From a virus, in the IMG/VR virus record IMGVR_UViG_3300033571_011534, positions 11,732-75,731 of that record: a stretch of DNA of 64,000 nt; one strand, written 5' to 3'. The notes beneath the pieces are model-generated. The model saw only the letters and a program-made list of their open reading frames with translations, did no database searches and had not been told where the DNA came from. Positions 47,018 through 55,303 of this stretch are shown here, in pieces. The position numbers and the translations under genes are program-made. Within the stretch, counting starts at the first letter, position 1. Each line of letters begins with the position of its first letter.

Positions 47018-47761
47018 CTATATTAGCTCTTTATATTTGGACACAAAGTCAAAAAGCCTTGCCTGATCTTTGTCAAAGCCAACCAAAAGAACTCCGTAAA
47101 CACCAGCATCCTTTATGTCTTTTAAAACTTTTACTATTTCTTCTTCTGTGCCATGGACCAGGTCGTTTCCCCTATCTTCGTCCATGATTGCCAGGCCGCT
47201 GTTGTCTATAATTGGAGTAATAGATAAAACTATATTATTTGTGTTTATTTTTTCGGCATATTTTTTATATGTATAATAAGGCACAACCATTTTGCCATTA
47301 AACTTATTTGATGCATCCAGAGTAAACTCATTAGTCACAGAAACATATATGTTGGCTAGATCATTTTTCATAGACTTTTTATAATTACCCAGCACTTCTA
47401 GGTATTTAATTAGGTAGTTTGACTTTTCAACAGAGCTAGAGTTATCATTAATCTCTCCGACAAAAAAGTTGTGAGGCTCCTCTTCTTGCTTTGCCCATCC
47501 AGATACTAGATTTATTTCTAGTATGTCTCCAAAATAATTATAAATATTCCTAGATATCATAAAGAGATATTGTGGAGAAATTACATATGGCCTAATTGCC
47601 ACCATGTATTTAAAATCTTTCCTAATTTTTGACGCATTGTGTACTATTTCTGTAAAATGCTCAAACCTTGAAGAGTCATACAAAAATAAATTACCGTCAA
47701 ACTTTGCATCATAGACCTTATCTATAGAATCAAAGTCTCCACCAAAATAATAAAACTTCAT
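47018..47761 (-). CDS. Luciferase-like monooxygenase-fold protein, paralog of 44741..45535
   Basis: YMVAIRPY.ISPQYL, LEINLVSG. Confidence 0.55.
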   Translation of the reverse strand: MKFYYFGGDFDSIDKVYDAKFDGNLFLYDSSRFEHFTEIVHNASKIRKDFKYMVAIRPYVISPQYLFMISRNIYNYFGDILEINLVSGWAKQEEEPHNFFVGEINDNSSSVEKSNYLIKYLEVLGNYKKSMKNDLANIYVSVTNEFTLDASNKFNGKMVVPYYTYKKYAEKINTNNIVLSITPIIDNSGLAIMDEDRGNDLVHGTEEEIVKVLKDIKDAGVYGVLLVGFDKDQARLFDFVSKYKELI

Positions 47762-47781
47762 ATAGTCTATGATACACTAAA

Positions 47782-47866
47782 GTCCCCACACAGAACCTCT
47801 GGCGATGCCCAGTAAAATGGTAACTAATCATCCTAAGAATAGCAACACCTTGCCCTGTGTGAGGAC
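47782..47866 (-). ncRNA. Candidate ~85-nt small RNA
   Basis: 12-bp closing stem (G-U on minus strand) starting 6 nt after its own TATAAT; no ORF. Confidence 0.5.
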
Positions 47867-47889
47867 AATTTTATTATACCGCTTTTAGA

Positions 47890-48567
47890 TTACTTGGTAG
47901 GTTTCTTTGCAGCAGCCTTTTTAGGGGCAGATCCAAAACCTGGAACTGGGTTCACAAGCTTCTTTCCCTTTCCTGGCTTCTTCTTTGCGCCTAGGCTAGA
48001 AACATCTAAGCTAGGAGGAGCACTGTTTACGATACCATCATCTGGGGTCTCGTCTTTTGCAGAGTCTCTTAACTTTTCCCAAGCCATTACGGCTTCAACA
48101 AATGCAATAGGACTAACAAAGCCCTTGCCGTTTAGATCCCAGCGGTGAGTTCTGCCTTCGACAATTTCAAAGTGCAAATGTCTTCCAGCTGAAGCTCCAG
48201 TGTTTCCCATAATTCCTAGGATGGTTCCAGCTTCAACCTTTTGGCCAGTCTTAACCTTTAGGCTTCCTTCTTTCATGTGACCTGATCTAGTCACGTACCA
48301 CTTTCCATTAATCTTTGAACGAATGTCAACGTAGTATCCAATGCCGCCCAGCGAACCGTCGGCTTTCTTTAGCTTTGATGGACCTGCATACACTACTGTT
48401 CCATCGTGCCATGCTTCGATATAAATCTTTGGGTTTGGCCCCCAGATGTCATCGCCGTTATGATGCTTTTTAATTTTTTCGATGGGATGCACCCTCCATC
48501 CGAAGGGGCTTGTAATTTTCCAAGCCTTGCCCTTTTTCCCGTCAATGGGGTATTGCGATTTTGCCAT
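47890..48567 (-). CDS. M23 peptidase (lysin-like)
   Basis: HNGDD (HxxxD), G.TG.S.G.HLHFE; Lys-rich tail. Confidence 0.88.
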   Translation of the reverse strand: MAKSQYPIDGKKGKAWKITSPFGWRVHPIEKIKKHHNGDDIWGPNPKIYIEAWHDGTVVYAGPSKLKKADGSLGGIGYYVDIRSKINGKWYVTRSGHMKEGSLKVKTGQKVEAGTILGIMGNTGASAGRHLHFEIVEGRTHRWDLNGKGFVSPIAFVEAVMAWEKLRDSAKDETPDDGIVNSAPPSLDVSSLGAKKKPGKGKKLVNPVPGFGSAPKKAAAKKPTK

Positions 48568-48667
48568 TTTTCTCCTTACACAAGTAAAATCATGTCTCTA
48601 TTATGAAACACAGTCTTATTATATCAGAAAAAATGGGCCTTTTTACAACATGCCCAGGTTGGTTTAG

Positions 48668-49057
48668 CTACTTAATTTCGATTTTCTTTGGCTTCTTTTC
48701 TTCTGGAACACGCTTGTACAAATCAATGTACAGAATTCCGTCAATCATCGATGCCCTGTCTACCTCAAAATATTCTGGCAGACTGAATGATCGTGTGAAC
48801 TTGCGACCAGCAATGCCCTTGTAGACATAGTTGGCCCCTTCGTCCTCCTGGCGCTCACCCTTAACCGTTAGCACATCCTTCTCTACTGAGATATCGATGC
48901 CATACTGATTAAATCCAGCAACAGCAAACTCTAGGACGTAGTGTTCGTCTGAGATTTTGTTGATGTTGTATGGTGGGTAAGATGCCTTTACTGGCTGTGT
49001 GAATACCTTCTCAAATTCCTGAGCAAGGCTTCCGAATGGGTCATTAAAAATAACCAT
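48668..49057 (-). CDS. Small heat-shock protein Hsp20 (IbpA-like)
   Basis: YPPYNI, E.AVAGF, GIAGR.F.RSF.L, A...DGIL. Confidence 0.92.
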   Translation of the reverse strand: MVIFNDPFGSLAQEFEKVFTQPVKASYPPYNINKISDEHYVLEFAVAGFNQYGIDISVEKDVLTVKGERQEDEGANYVYKGIAGRKFTRSFSLPEYFEVDRASMIDGILYIDLYKRVPEEKKPKKIEIK

Positions 49058-49108
49058 TTATATCATCTCCTTATATTAAGCGAGTTAATTGCCCCCAAAT
49101 GGCAGGCA
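49058..49108 (-). promoter_or_regulatory. ROSE-like RNA thermometer leader
   Basis: CUC-G-CUUA pairs with UAAG-GAG (SD), bulged G, UCGCU motif; upstream GC hairpin. Confidence 0.55.
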
Positions 49109-49335
49109 GGTTAATTATATCACAACTCAGGCAAAAGTAATAGCCCGAATTACCAAAGGCTTAGGCCTATCTCTAAGACGTCAAGGTGAAAGCTACAGAC
49201 AGGCAGGTTCCTATCTGTAGAAGAAAAGATCTCGGTTGCAGAAGAGTCACAACCTGATATTGCACAAAGTCCCTTTAGGGATTGTAAGTCTTGGGCGTTG
49301 TCTTTAAGTCCTAGCATTAAACCATTATATCATAA

Positions 49336-49713
49336 CTAATCTTTTGGCTTATTTGGCAATAAGCTTTTTAGTTTTTGATAAGCATTCGTAAGCTCATGGT
49401 CTGTAGACTTTTCAAAAACGACATCTGCTTTATCAACAAACTCAGAGATTCCAGCTTGCGCTGATTCGATATACTCAAATGCAGCATCTCTTGATTCAGA
49501 CAAAAATCTTACAAATCCCTCAGATTTATTAATTTCATTTTCCTTGATTGCCTGGTCAAGGGTTGAAAGCACAGCCATTTTATCAATCTCTAACTGAACT
49601 ATTTTTGTTAAACCCTTTTTGTATTTAGATCTAAATCTAATATTATCTACAAGAAGTACTAGAATAACAAACGCAATAACAACAACTGCAATAACATCCA
49701 GTAAATTAGGCAT
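49336..49713 (-). CDS. Membrane-anchored hypothetical protein
   Basis: N-terminal TM; F..FLSESRD.AFEYIE. Confidence 0.55.
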   Translation of the reverse strand: MPNLLDVIAVVVIAFVILVLLVDNIRFRSKYKKGLTKIVQLEIDKMAVLSTLDQAIKENEINKSEGFVRFLSESRDAAFEYIESAQAGISEFVDKADVVFEKSTDHELTNAYQKLKSLLPNKPKD

Positions 49714-49945
49714 CTGGTTTACCGCCCTCTCTAACAAGTAATACGATAGCACCATTGTCCTCTAGTGCCTTTTTAACTCGTATCATATACTCTACTGCCT
49801 TTATCTTATCCTCACCAGTTAAAGACATGAACTTCTTCTCACTAGCCCTTACTGTTATGAAATGATCGTTGTCGATGATGTCAAGACTAAAGTTTGATGG
49901 AGGATTAATAGACCTAAAAGCTCTTCTCATTTGATCTGTATACAT
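49706..49945 (-). CDS. Hypothetical protein
   Basis: Operon chain after whiB. Confidence 0.6.
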   Translation of the reverse strand: MYTDQMRRAFRSINPPSNFSLDIIDNDHFITVRASEKKFMSLTGEDKIKAVEYMIRVKKALEDNGAIVLLVREGGKPDA

Positions 49946-49946
49946 A

Positions 49947-50237
49947 TTATTTGCCCTTATCCATTGTTAAAACTTCCCAGGTTTTGGCCCAGTCTTTTTT
50001 ATTTCTATGACGATTAAACTCTTTTGAAATTTTTCCAGATTCTAGATACACTCCACCCCAGACACCCCATTCTTTTTGAGAGATGCCAACAGCAAAGCAC
50101 TGCCTCACAACTGGACAGCCAGAGCAAAGCTGATCTATTGCTGGACGTAAGAGTTCATCTTCTTCGTATGTATCAAAAAATAAATTAGTATCATAATCAC
50201 GACAAGAGGAATCATCTTTCCACTTGCCACTATCCAT
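49947..50237 (-). CDS. whiB: WhiB-family Fe-S transcription factor
   Basis: W....C...D..LFF, C..CPV...C, GVWGG. Confidence 0.9.
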   Translation of the reverse strand: MDSGKWKDDSSCRDYDTNLFFDTYEEDELLRPAIDQLCSGCPVVRQCFAVGISQKEWGVWGGVYLESGKISKEFNRHRNKKDWAKTWEVLTMDKGK

Positions 50238-50448
50238 TTTTGTTTAGAAGTCCTTCTGGTATTGACCAACCATTTTCAGATGGAGAGTATCTTTTCTGAA
50301 CATACCATTTTCCAGAAACCCTTACACCATCACGCCTCTTCCAGGCAAAGTGGTCAGGAATTCTTAGTAGGACATCCCAGCCATCCCAAGATAGTCTTTT
50401 GTTATTCTTAACAATTTCTTCCATTTTTTCAAGAGACTTTACTAACAT
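50230..50448 (-). CDS. Hypothetical protein
   Basis: LSWDGWDV motif; operon chain. Confidence 0.6.
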   Translation of the reverse strand: MLVKSLEKMEEIVKNNKRLSWDGWDVLLRIPDHFAWKRRDGVRVSGKWYVQKRYSPSENGWSIPEGLLNKNG

Positions 50449-50508
50449 GATTTTCCCTATATTTTTATTTTTATTATTTAGCTTTTGCACATTCCGCTAG
50501 CTAAAATA

Positions 50509-50856
50509 TTAATATCTAAAAACGTCGTTCTTGATATCTTTTGCAGATAAGAAGTTTACTATTTCTGGAATAGCTTCTTTGTGGTTACAAAAGTATGCGA
50601 ACTGACTAATTACTGGGTGGTTTGATTTAAACCACTTTAGAGGAACACGAATAAGCTTTGTCTTGATCCCTCTTGATTTAAAATTAGACACATTCAGATA
50701 CTCTTCTGCCATCTGCGTTACACGATATGGCCCTGCAGAAAAAATGATGAACTCTTTATCATCCGAATCCTTCATTGAATACAGCGTTTTTGCCATTCCA
50801 GACAGGAATATGTTATAGTCATTGAAGCTTTTACTTCCATGAATTCCCAAGATCAT
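50509..50856 (-). CDS. Hypothetical protein (SLOG/YspA-like)
   Basis: I.I.GS..F.DY N-terminus. Confidence 0.4.
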   Translation of the reverse strand: MILGIHGSKSFNDYNIFLSGMAKTLYSMKDSDDKEFIIFSAGPYRVTQMAEEYLNVSNFKSRGIKTKLIRVPLKWFKSNHPVISQFAYFCNHKEAIPEIVNFLSAKDIKNDVFRY

Positions 50857-51256
50857 TTCTGTCCTGCCCTTCGTTTAGTTTGTCTACAATAAACATCATG
50901 TCTTTTAATTCTACCTTATCCATGGCCATTATGTCAAGTGTTTTTGTAGAACTTTCATCTACAACTCCACCCACAAGGTTTGCGGAATACAGAGAGTTGT
51001 TCCTTATCCAGTAGGCCTTGCCCTTAAAGAACAGGATCTTCTGGTGCCTGCTATCAAAGAATCGTGTAGACTGGGTGACCATTTCTTTTCTGTTTTCCTT
51101 TGCAGACATTGCAAAAATATATGGCCCAACCACGCTAAATATATGGCTTTGTCTATAACGAACCTTCATGACTGAGTCTTTAGTTACTTTTGAAACTGCC
51201 TTGCTTAATATAAAAGTTCCAACGATTGCGACAATTGCGCCTACTAGATATTCCAT
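50831..51256 (-). CDS. Membrane-anchored hypothetical protein
   Basis: N-terminal TM; GGAG RBS. Confidence 0.55.
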   Translation of the reverse strand: MEYLVGAIVAIVGTFILSKAVSKVTKDSVMKVRYRQSHIFSVVGPYIFAMSAKENRKEMVTQSTRFFDSRHQKILFFKGKAYWIRNNSLYSANLVGGVVDESSTKTLDIMAMDKVELKDMMFIVDKLNEGQDRNDLGNSWK

Positions 51257-51267
51257 ATTGCTCCAGG

Positions 51268-51606
51268 TCACCTATTGTTTTCTAAAAATGCACGGAGTAT
51301 ATCCTTTAAAGCATTTCTGTGGTTTATGTCTAGCTTCTCTATTTCCTGGACATCAAATGCCTTTTTTAGCAAATGAACTGTAGGGTTTGCCTCAAGAACA
51401 TTAAGTTCTAAAAACCCTAGTTCCCAGAGCTTCATGATCTCTTGATAAAAAAGATCATTAAACCTGTCATACATTTCAGGATTCTGTTCTTTAAGTTTAC
51501 CTGTAGCAGAGTAAAGCATTTCTCCAGTGTCAGAGTCTATTCCAGCAAACTCAATTGCTCCAGAGAGAATTAGTTTTGCTATGTATTCGTCATCGCTTGT
51601 ACTCAT
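51268..51606 (-). CDS. Hypothetical protein
   Basis: AGGAG RBS. Confidence 0.55.
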   Translation of the reverse strand: MSTSDDEYIAKLILSGAIEFAGIDSDTGEMLYSATGKLKEQNPEMYDRFNDLFYQEIMKLWELGFLELNVLEANPTVHLLKKAFDVQEIEKLDINHRNALKDILRAFLENNR

Positions 51607-51624
51607 TAAGACTCCTAAAGTAGA

Positions 51625-51867
51625 CTAGTCTTCAGATTGCTGATTTTTAGCATGGAGCTTTTCACGCTCATCAACTATTTGATAGGCAAACTTCATCATT
51701 TTGTCATACCCAACTGCATTGTTAACAATTCCTTCGTAGTGGTGAGCACAGAACAAAAGCTCTCCAGAAACGCCGATTGCCTTTACATAGGCCTGCGCAC
51801 CGCAAGACGCCGTGTCACACCTATCATTGGCATTTAGACTGGTTTCTTCCACAACCTTGGTTTTCAT
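51625..51867 (-). CDS. Conserved actinobacterial zinc-binding protein
   Basis: DRCD..CGAQAYV...GEL.FCAHH. Confidence 0.65.
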   Translation of the reverse strand: MKTKVVEETSLNANDRCDTASCGAQAYVKAIGVSGELLFCAHHYEGIVNNAVGYDKMMKFAYQIVDEREKLHAKNQQSED

Positions 51868-51869
51868 TT

Positions 51870-52052
51870 TTACTTTCCTTTATCTGTTGAGTAAAATCCA
51901 CTACCGTTAAATGTTACACCAACAGATGAATAAATTCTAACTAGTTTTTTATTACAGTTGTCACAAAAATAATCTGGCTCTGGTTCTGAAATACCCCGCA
52001 CTTTTACATGCGGGGCATCACAGTCTCCACAGCGATATTCGTATACCGCCAT
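51870..52052 (-). CDS. FmdB-family zinc-ribbon protein
   Basis: YEYRC..C...C..C...F.GSGFY.TD. Confidence 0.85.
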   Translation of the reverse strand: MAVYEYRCGDCDAPHVKVRGISEPEPDYFCDNCNKKLVRIYSSVGVTFNGSGFYSTDKGK

Positions 52053-52057
52053 GTCAG

Positions 52058-52384
52058 TTACTTCTTTGGGGAAGCCTTTTTAGTTGAAGCTGTGGTCTTC
52101 TTTGCAACTGGCTTCTTAACATCTGAAGATGCAACCTTTCCAGTTCCCGCAGACTTCTGAACGGCCTCTACAACGTCTACAATTGCCTTTCCAAGGTCCT
52201 TCTTATTAGACGGAGTGACGTTCGCATAAGCTAGAGAAGATCCTCCTACTGCCAATGCAGCAGCTGCGAGAGTAAGAACCTGCTGAGCTACATCGTCGCT
52301 AATTGCTCCAATAATAACCAATACAGGAACTGCTGCAGCAACAAGTCCATAAATTGACTTTCGAACTTCTGGTGTTAGATTCAT
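52058..52384 (-). CDS. Holin
   Basis: RK.IYG..AA..P.L...G, two TM helices, basic tail; next to endolysin. Confidence 0.65.
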   Translation of the reverse strand: MNLTPEVRKSIYGLVAAAVPVLVIIGAISDDVAQQVLTLAAAALAVGGSSLAYANVTPSNKKDLGKAIVDVVEAVQKSAGTGKVASSDVKKPVAKKTTASTKKASPKK

Positions 52385-52488
52385 AATTAATTATTCCTTT
52401 GTTTTAATTAAAATAGTTATTGATTACAAACTCTTAAGAAAGCAATCAATAGAGCAATTGTACCATCTGGTGGGTGGGTATGTCAAGC

Positions 52489-53295
52489 CTATGGAAGCTT
52501 TATTACTTGCCCAACAAGTATTAGATTTGGGTTTTTAATGCCATTAATCTCTACAAGGGTTGCCACAGTTGTCTTATACTTGCGAGCAATGCCAGTAAGG
52601 GTTTCTCCATGAAGAACGCTGTGAGTCTTTGCTGTCTTTTTTGCTGCAGGCTTTGCTGCAGGTTTTGGCTTTTTAGCTGCAGGCTTGGCACCGCCTGATA
52701 GCGACGCTGGTGGTGTAGTCTTAACTGATGCACCAGGAGTCACTGGAGAGCTGGCCTTATTAGAGCTAGACGAAGCAACATCTGCATAGGAAGCAGCACC
52801 GTTTAGTGCAATTACCGCATTCATAAACTCAATTGGTTCAACAAATCCCTTTCCATTGTCTGACCATCCGTGCGACTTGCCTTTCCAGATTTCCCAGTGC
52901 AAATGCACACCAGTGCTCATACCACTGGTGCCCATCACTCCAAGAACATCTCCAGCCTTTACCTTATCTCCCTGCTTAACGGTCATAGATCCTTTAACAA
53001 GGTGCGCATAAAGAGAGCTGTAAAACTCTCCATTAATATTGTGGGTAATTTTCACGTAGTAGCCAAATCCGCTAGGCTCTCCGTTATCCTTCTTTGTTTT
53101 TGATGGACCTGCATAGGTCACAGTTCCAGCATATGGGGCGTAAATCTTATTATCTTTTTTATTAGTATAGATAATGTCCGTGCCGTTATGATGTTTCTTT
53201 GTTTTATGTACTGGGTGTATCCTCCAGCCCATATAGCTTGTTACTTTCCAGTCCTTTCCTGGGTTCCCAGAAAGGGGTAATCTTGCTGTAGTCAT
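52489..53295 (-). CDS. Endolysin, M23 peptidase + LysM
   Basis: HNGTD, YAHL, HLHWE; C-terminal V..GETL.GIA..Y....L...NGI.NPN.I..GQ.I.LP. Confidence 0.9.
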   Translation of the reverse strand: MTTARLPLSGNPGKDWKVTSYMGWRIHPVHKTKKHHNGTDIIYTNKKDNKIYAPYAGTVTYAGPSKTKKDNGEPSGFGYYVKITHNINGEFYSSLYAHLVKGSMTVKQGDKVKAGDVLGVMGTSGMSTGVHLHWEIWKGKSHGWSDNGKGFVEPIEFMNAVIALNGAASYADVASSSSNKASSPVTPGASVKTTPPASLSGGAKPAAKKPKPAAKPAAKKTAKTHSVLHGETLTGIARKYKTTVATLVEINGIKNPNLILVGQVIKLP

Positions 53296-53365
53296 GTGTA
53301 AATCTCCTTTTAAAACAATTATATCATTAATAATAAAAAATCCGATCAATGGTATAATTGATTAT

Positions 53366-54064
53366 ATGTCTTTAAGTCTAGCAAACGCACCCAGAATTAT
53401 TCCTGGTACCTATGGTAGGGCCAAGATTTCCTTTTCTTCACAAGAGCAGTGCTATTTTTTGCATTACGATAATGTTCAGTGGATGGGGGTTCGTTTAGAC
53501 TTTTCGGATGCCTTTGATAACTTATATTCTCAATACGAGATTGCTCAGGGCCGTGTACTAATTACTGGGCTTGGCTTTGGTATTCTAACAAAAGCCCTAG
53601 ATGCAAAAGAAAGCGTAGAGTCAATTACCGTTATTGAAAAAGAGCAAGATATTATTGACACTTTCCTAAAGAATAATAGGATAAGTAGTAAAGTTAAAAT
53701 TATCAAAGAAGATGCTACAACTTACACAACAGAAGAAGAGTATGATTGCCTGTTGCCAGACCATTACGAAAAGCAGACTTGGGAGTGGAAGGTAAAAGAT
53801 ATGAACGCCATTTCGAAAAGAATAAAGCACAAGTATTTCTGGCCATGGTCTTTAGAAATGCTGTTCTTTAAAAAGGTTTACCCAAGAGATCATCATATAC
53901 AAGACATCTGTGTAGATCTTGCAGAAAATCCCTCAGAGGTCTATAAAAAATGGCAAGACTTTATTAAAGAATATTTTGAAGGAAACGAGTACATTTTAGG
54001 AATTGAGCAAGAAAAAATTATTCAATATTTGTACTTGTATAAAGAGCACTATCCTTACAGATAG
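53366..54064 (+). CDS. Class I SAM-dependent methyltransferase / spermidine-synthase-like
   Basis: VLITGLGFG, TVIE, DA, YD. Confidence 0.65.
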   Translation: MSLSLANAPRIIPGTYGRAKISFSSQEQCYFLHYDNVQWMGVRLDFSDAFDNLYSQYEIAQGRVLITGLGFGILTKALDAKESVESITVIEKEQDIIDTFLKNNRISSKVKIIKEDATTYTTEEEYDCLLPDHYEKQTWEWKVKDMNAISKRIKHKYFWPWSLEMLFFKKVYPRDHHIQDICVDLAENPSEVYKKWQDFIKEYFEGNEYILGIEQEKIIQYLYLYKEHYPYR

Positions 54065-54071
54065 CAGTTAA

Positions 54072-54395
54072 TTACTGTTGCTCTTCGCCAGCTTCAAAAG
54101 CAAACTCTTCTGATTCTTCTTCAACAACTGGCTCTTCAGATGGTTCCGAGTTGCCATTGTTTTGACCAATCAGAATACCAGCTAGCGTTCCAGTAATGAA
54201 AGTCGCAATGCTTCCAAGAACATTGAAAAACATTTTATCATTTTCAGACTGAGCGCCAATTGGCTGAGTTACAAAAATCAATGCATATAGAATACCAACT
54301 GCAGTCATTAGCAAGATGGATCCTAGAATTAGTCCTAGAGAAAACTTTAGTCTTGCATCTAGTTCTGCTGCGCTGTATCTACGCCTTCTACTCAT
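54072..54395 (-). CDS. Two-TM membrane protein
   Basis: Two hydrophobic helices, acidic tail. Confidence 0.6.
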   Translation of the reverse strand: MSRRRRYSAAELDARLKFSLGLILGSILLMTAVGILYALIFVTQPIGAQSENDKMFFNVLGSIATFITGTLAGILIGQNNGNSEPSEEPVVEEESEEFAFEAGEEQQ

Positions 54396-54690
54396 GTACG
54401 TGTTCCTCTACTGTTTCAGACTCTTCTTCTACGACTACCTCTTCGGAGCTAGTTGATTCGTCTACGTTTTGATCTTCTTCTATTGTATCAGATTCTGGAG
54501 CAAATGGGTCGTACCCAAGAATATCCTCTAGGCATGTTCCAGAGGCATCACAAATTGGTGGCTTGCATTCTGCTTTTTCCCAGTTTTCTGGGTCTTGGCA
54601 TGGGTATCTGTAGTGACCATCATAGCCACAACCAGAAAGGGTAACTGCCAAGAAGGTAGCAGAAATGATTCCTAATACTTTCTTTTTCAT
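54388..54690 (-). CDS. Lipoprotein
   Basis: LSGC lipobox; YRYPCQDP.NW...C.PP.C...GTC. Confidence 0.7.
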   Translation of the reverse strand: MKKKVLGIISATFLAVTLSGCGYDGHYRYPCQDPENWEKAECKPPICDASGTCLEDILGYDPFAPESDTIEEDQNVDESTSSEEVVVEEESETVEEHVHE

Positions 54691-54900
54691 AGTTATATTA
54701 TATCCTTCTTTATTAGTCGTCTTTGTTTCTAATTGGATATGTGATAATCCAGATTGCTAGAGTCATCAGGATAAGCATACCAGTTAGGTCCTTGGCGCTT
54801 CCCTCCAAAACTAGCCAGGCAACAACCATTCCAAGCAAAGTCCAAGACTGATCTATGATGTCTTTAAAAAGACCCTTTAAGAACTTCTTCATTTTTCCTC

Positions 54901-55302
54901 CTACTTTTTATTTCGTTTTGACTTTAACAAATCAAAATCTTTAACCTTGGTTTCTCCAAGGTAGTCCCAGGCGTAGCCCTCATCAATCATTATTTGATTA
55001 ATTGACTTAGCTGATCCATCTAGAAAGACCCATCCAAGAACTCTTCCATATTTTTCTGAAGAGTCTGGCTTTTCTGTTTTTATAACAACGTCTTTTGCCG
55101 ACGAAATAGCCTTTTTTAAAAACTCTTTTGACTCAAGGCCTAGAGCTTTTTCCGCTTTGTCCTTTGTCCTGGACTCTGGTGTATCTATTCCAGCAAGTCT
55201 AATCCTTTGAGAATAGGCAATGCTAAAGCCCAAATCTATCTCTGCATCAAAGGTGTCTCCGTCAACAACGTTGACAACTCTTTTTACTCTATACTCATAC
55301 AT
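54901..55302 (-). CDS. Thermonuclease (SNase-like)
   Basis: VVDGDT, RLAGIDTPE, KYGR.L, N..M...G.A. Confidence 0.9.
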   Translation of the reverse strand: MYEYRVKRVVNVVDGDTFDAEIDLGFSIAYSQRIRLAGIDTPESRTKDKAEKALGLESKEFLKKAISSAKDVVIKTEKPDSSEKYGRVLGWVFLDGSAKSINQIMIDEGYAWDYLGETKVKDFDLLKSKRNKK

Positions 55303-55303
55303 T

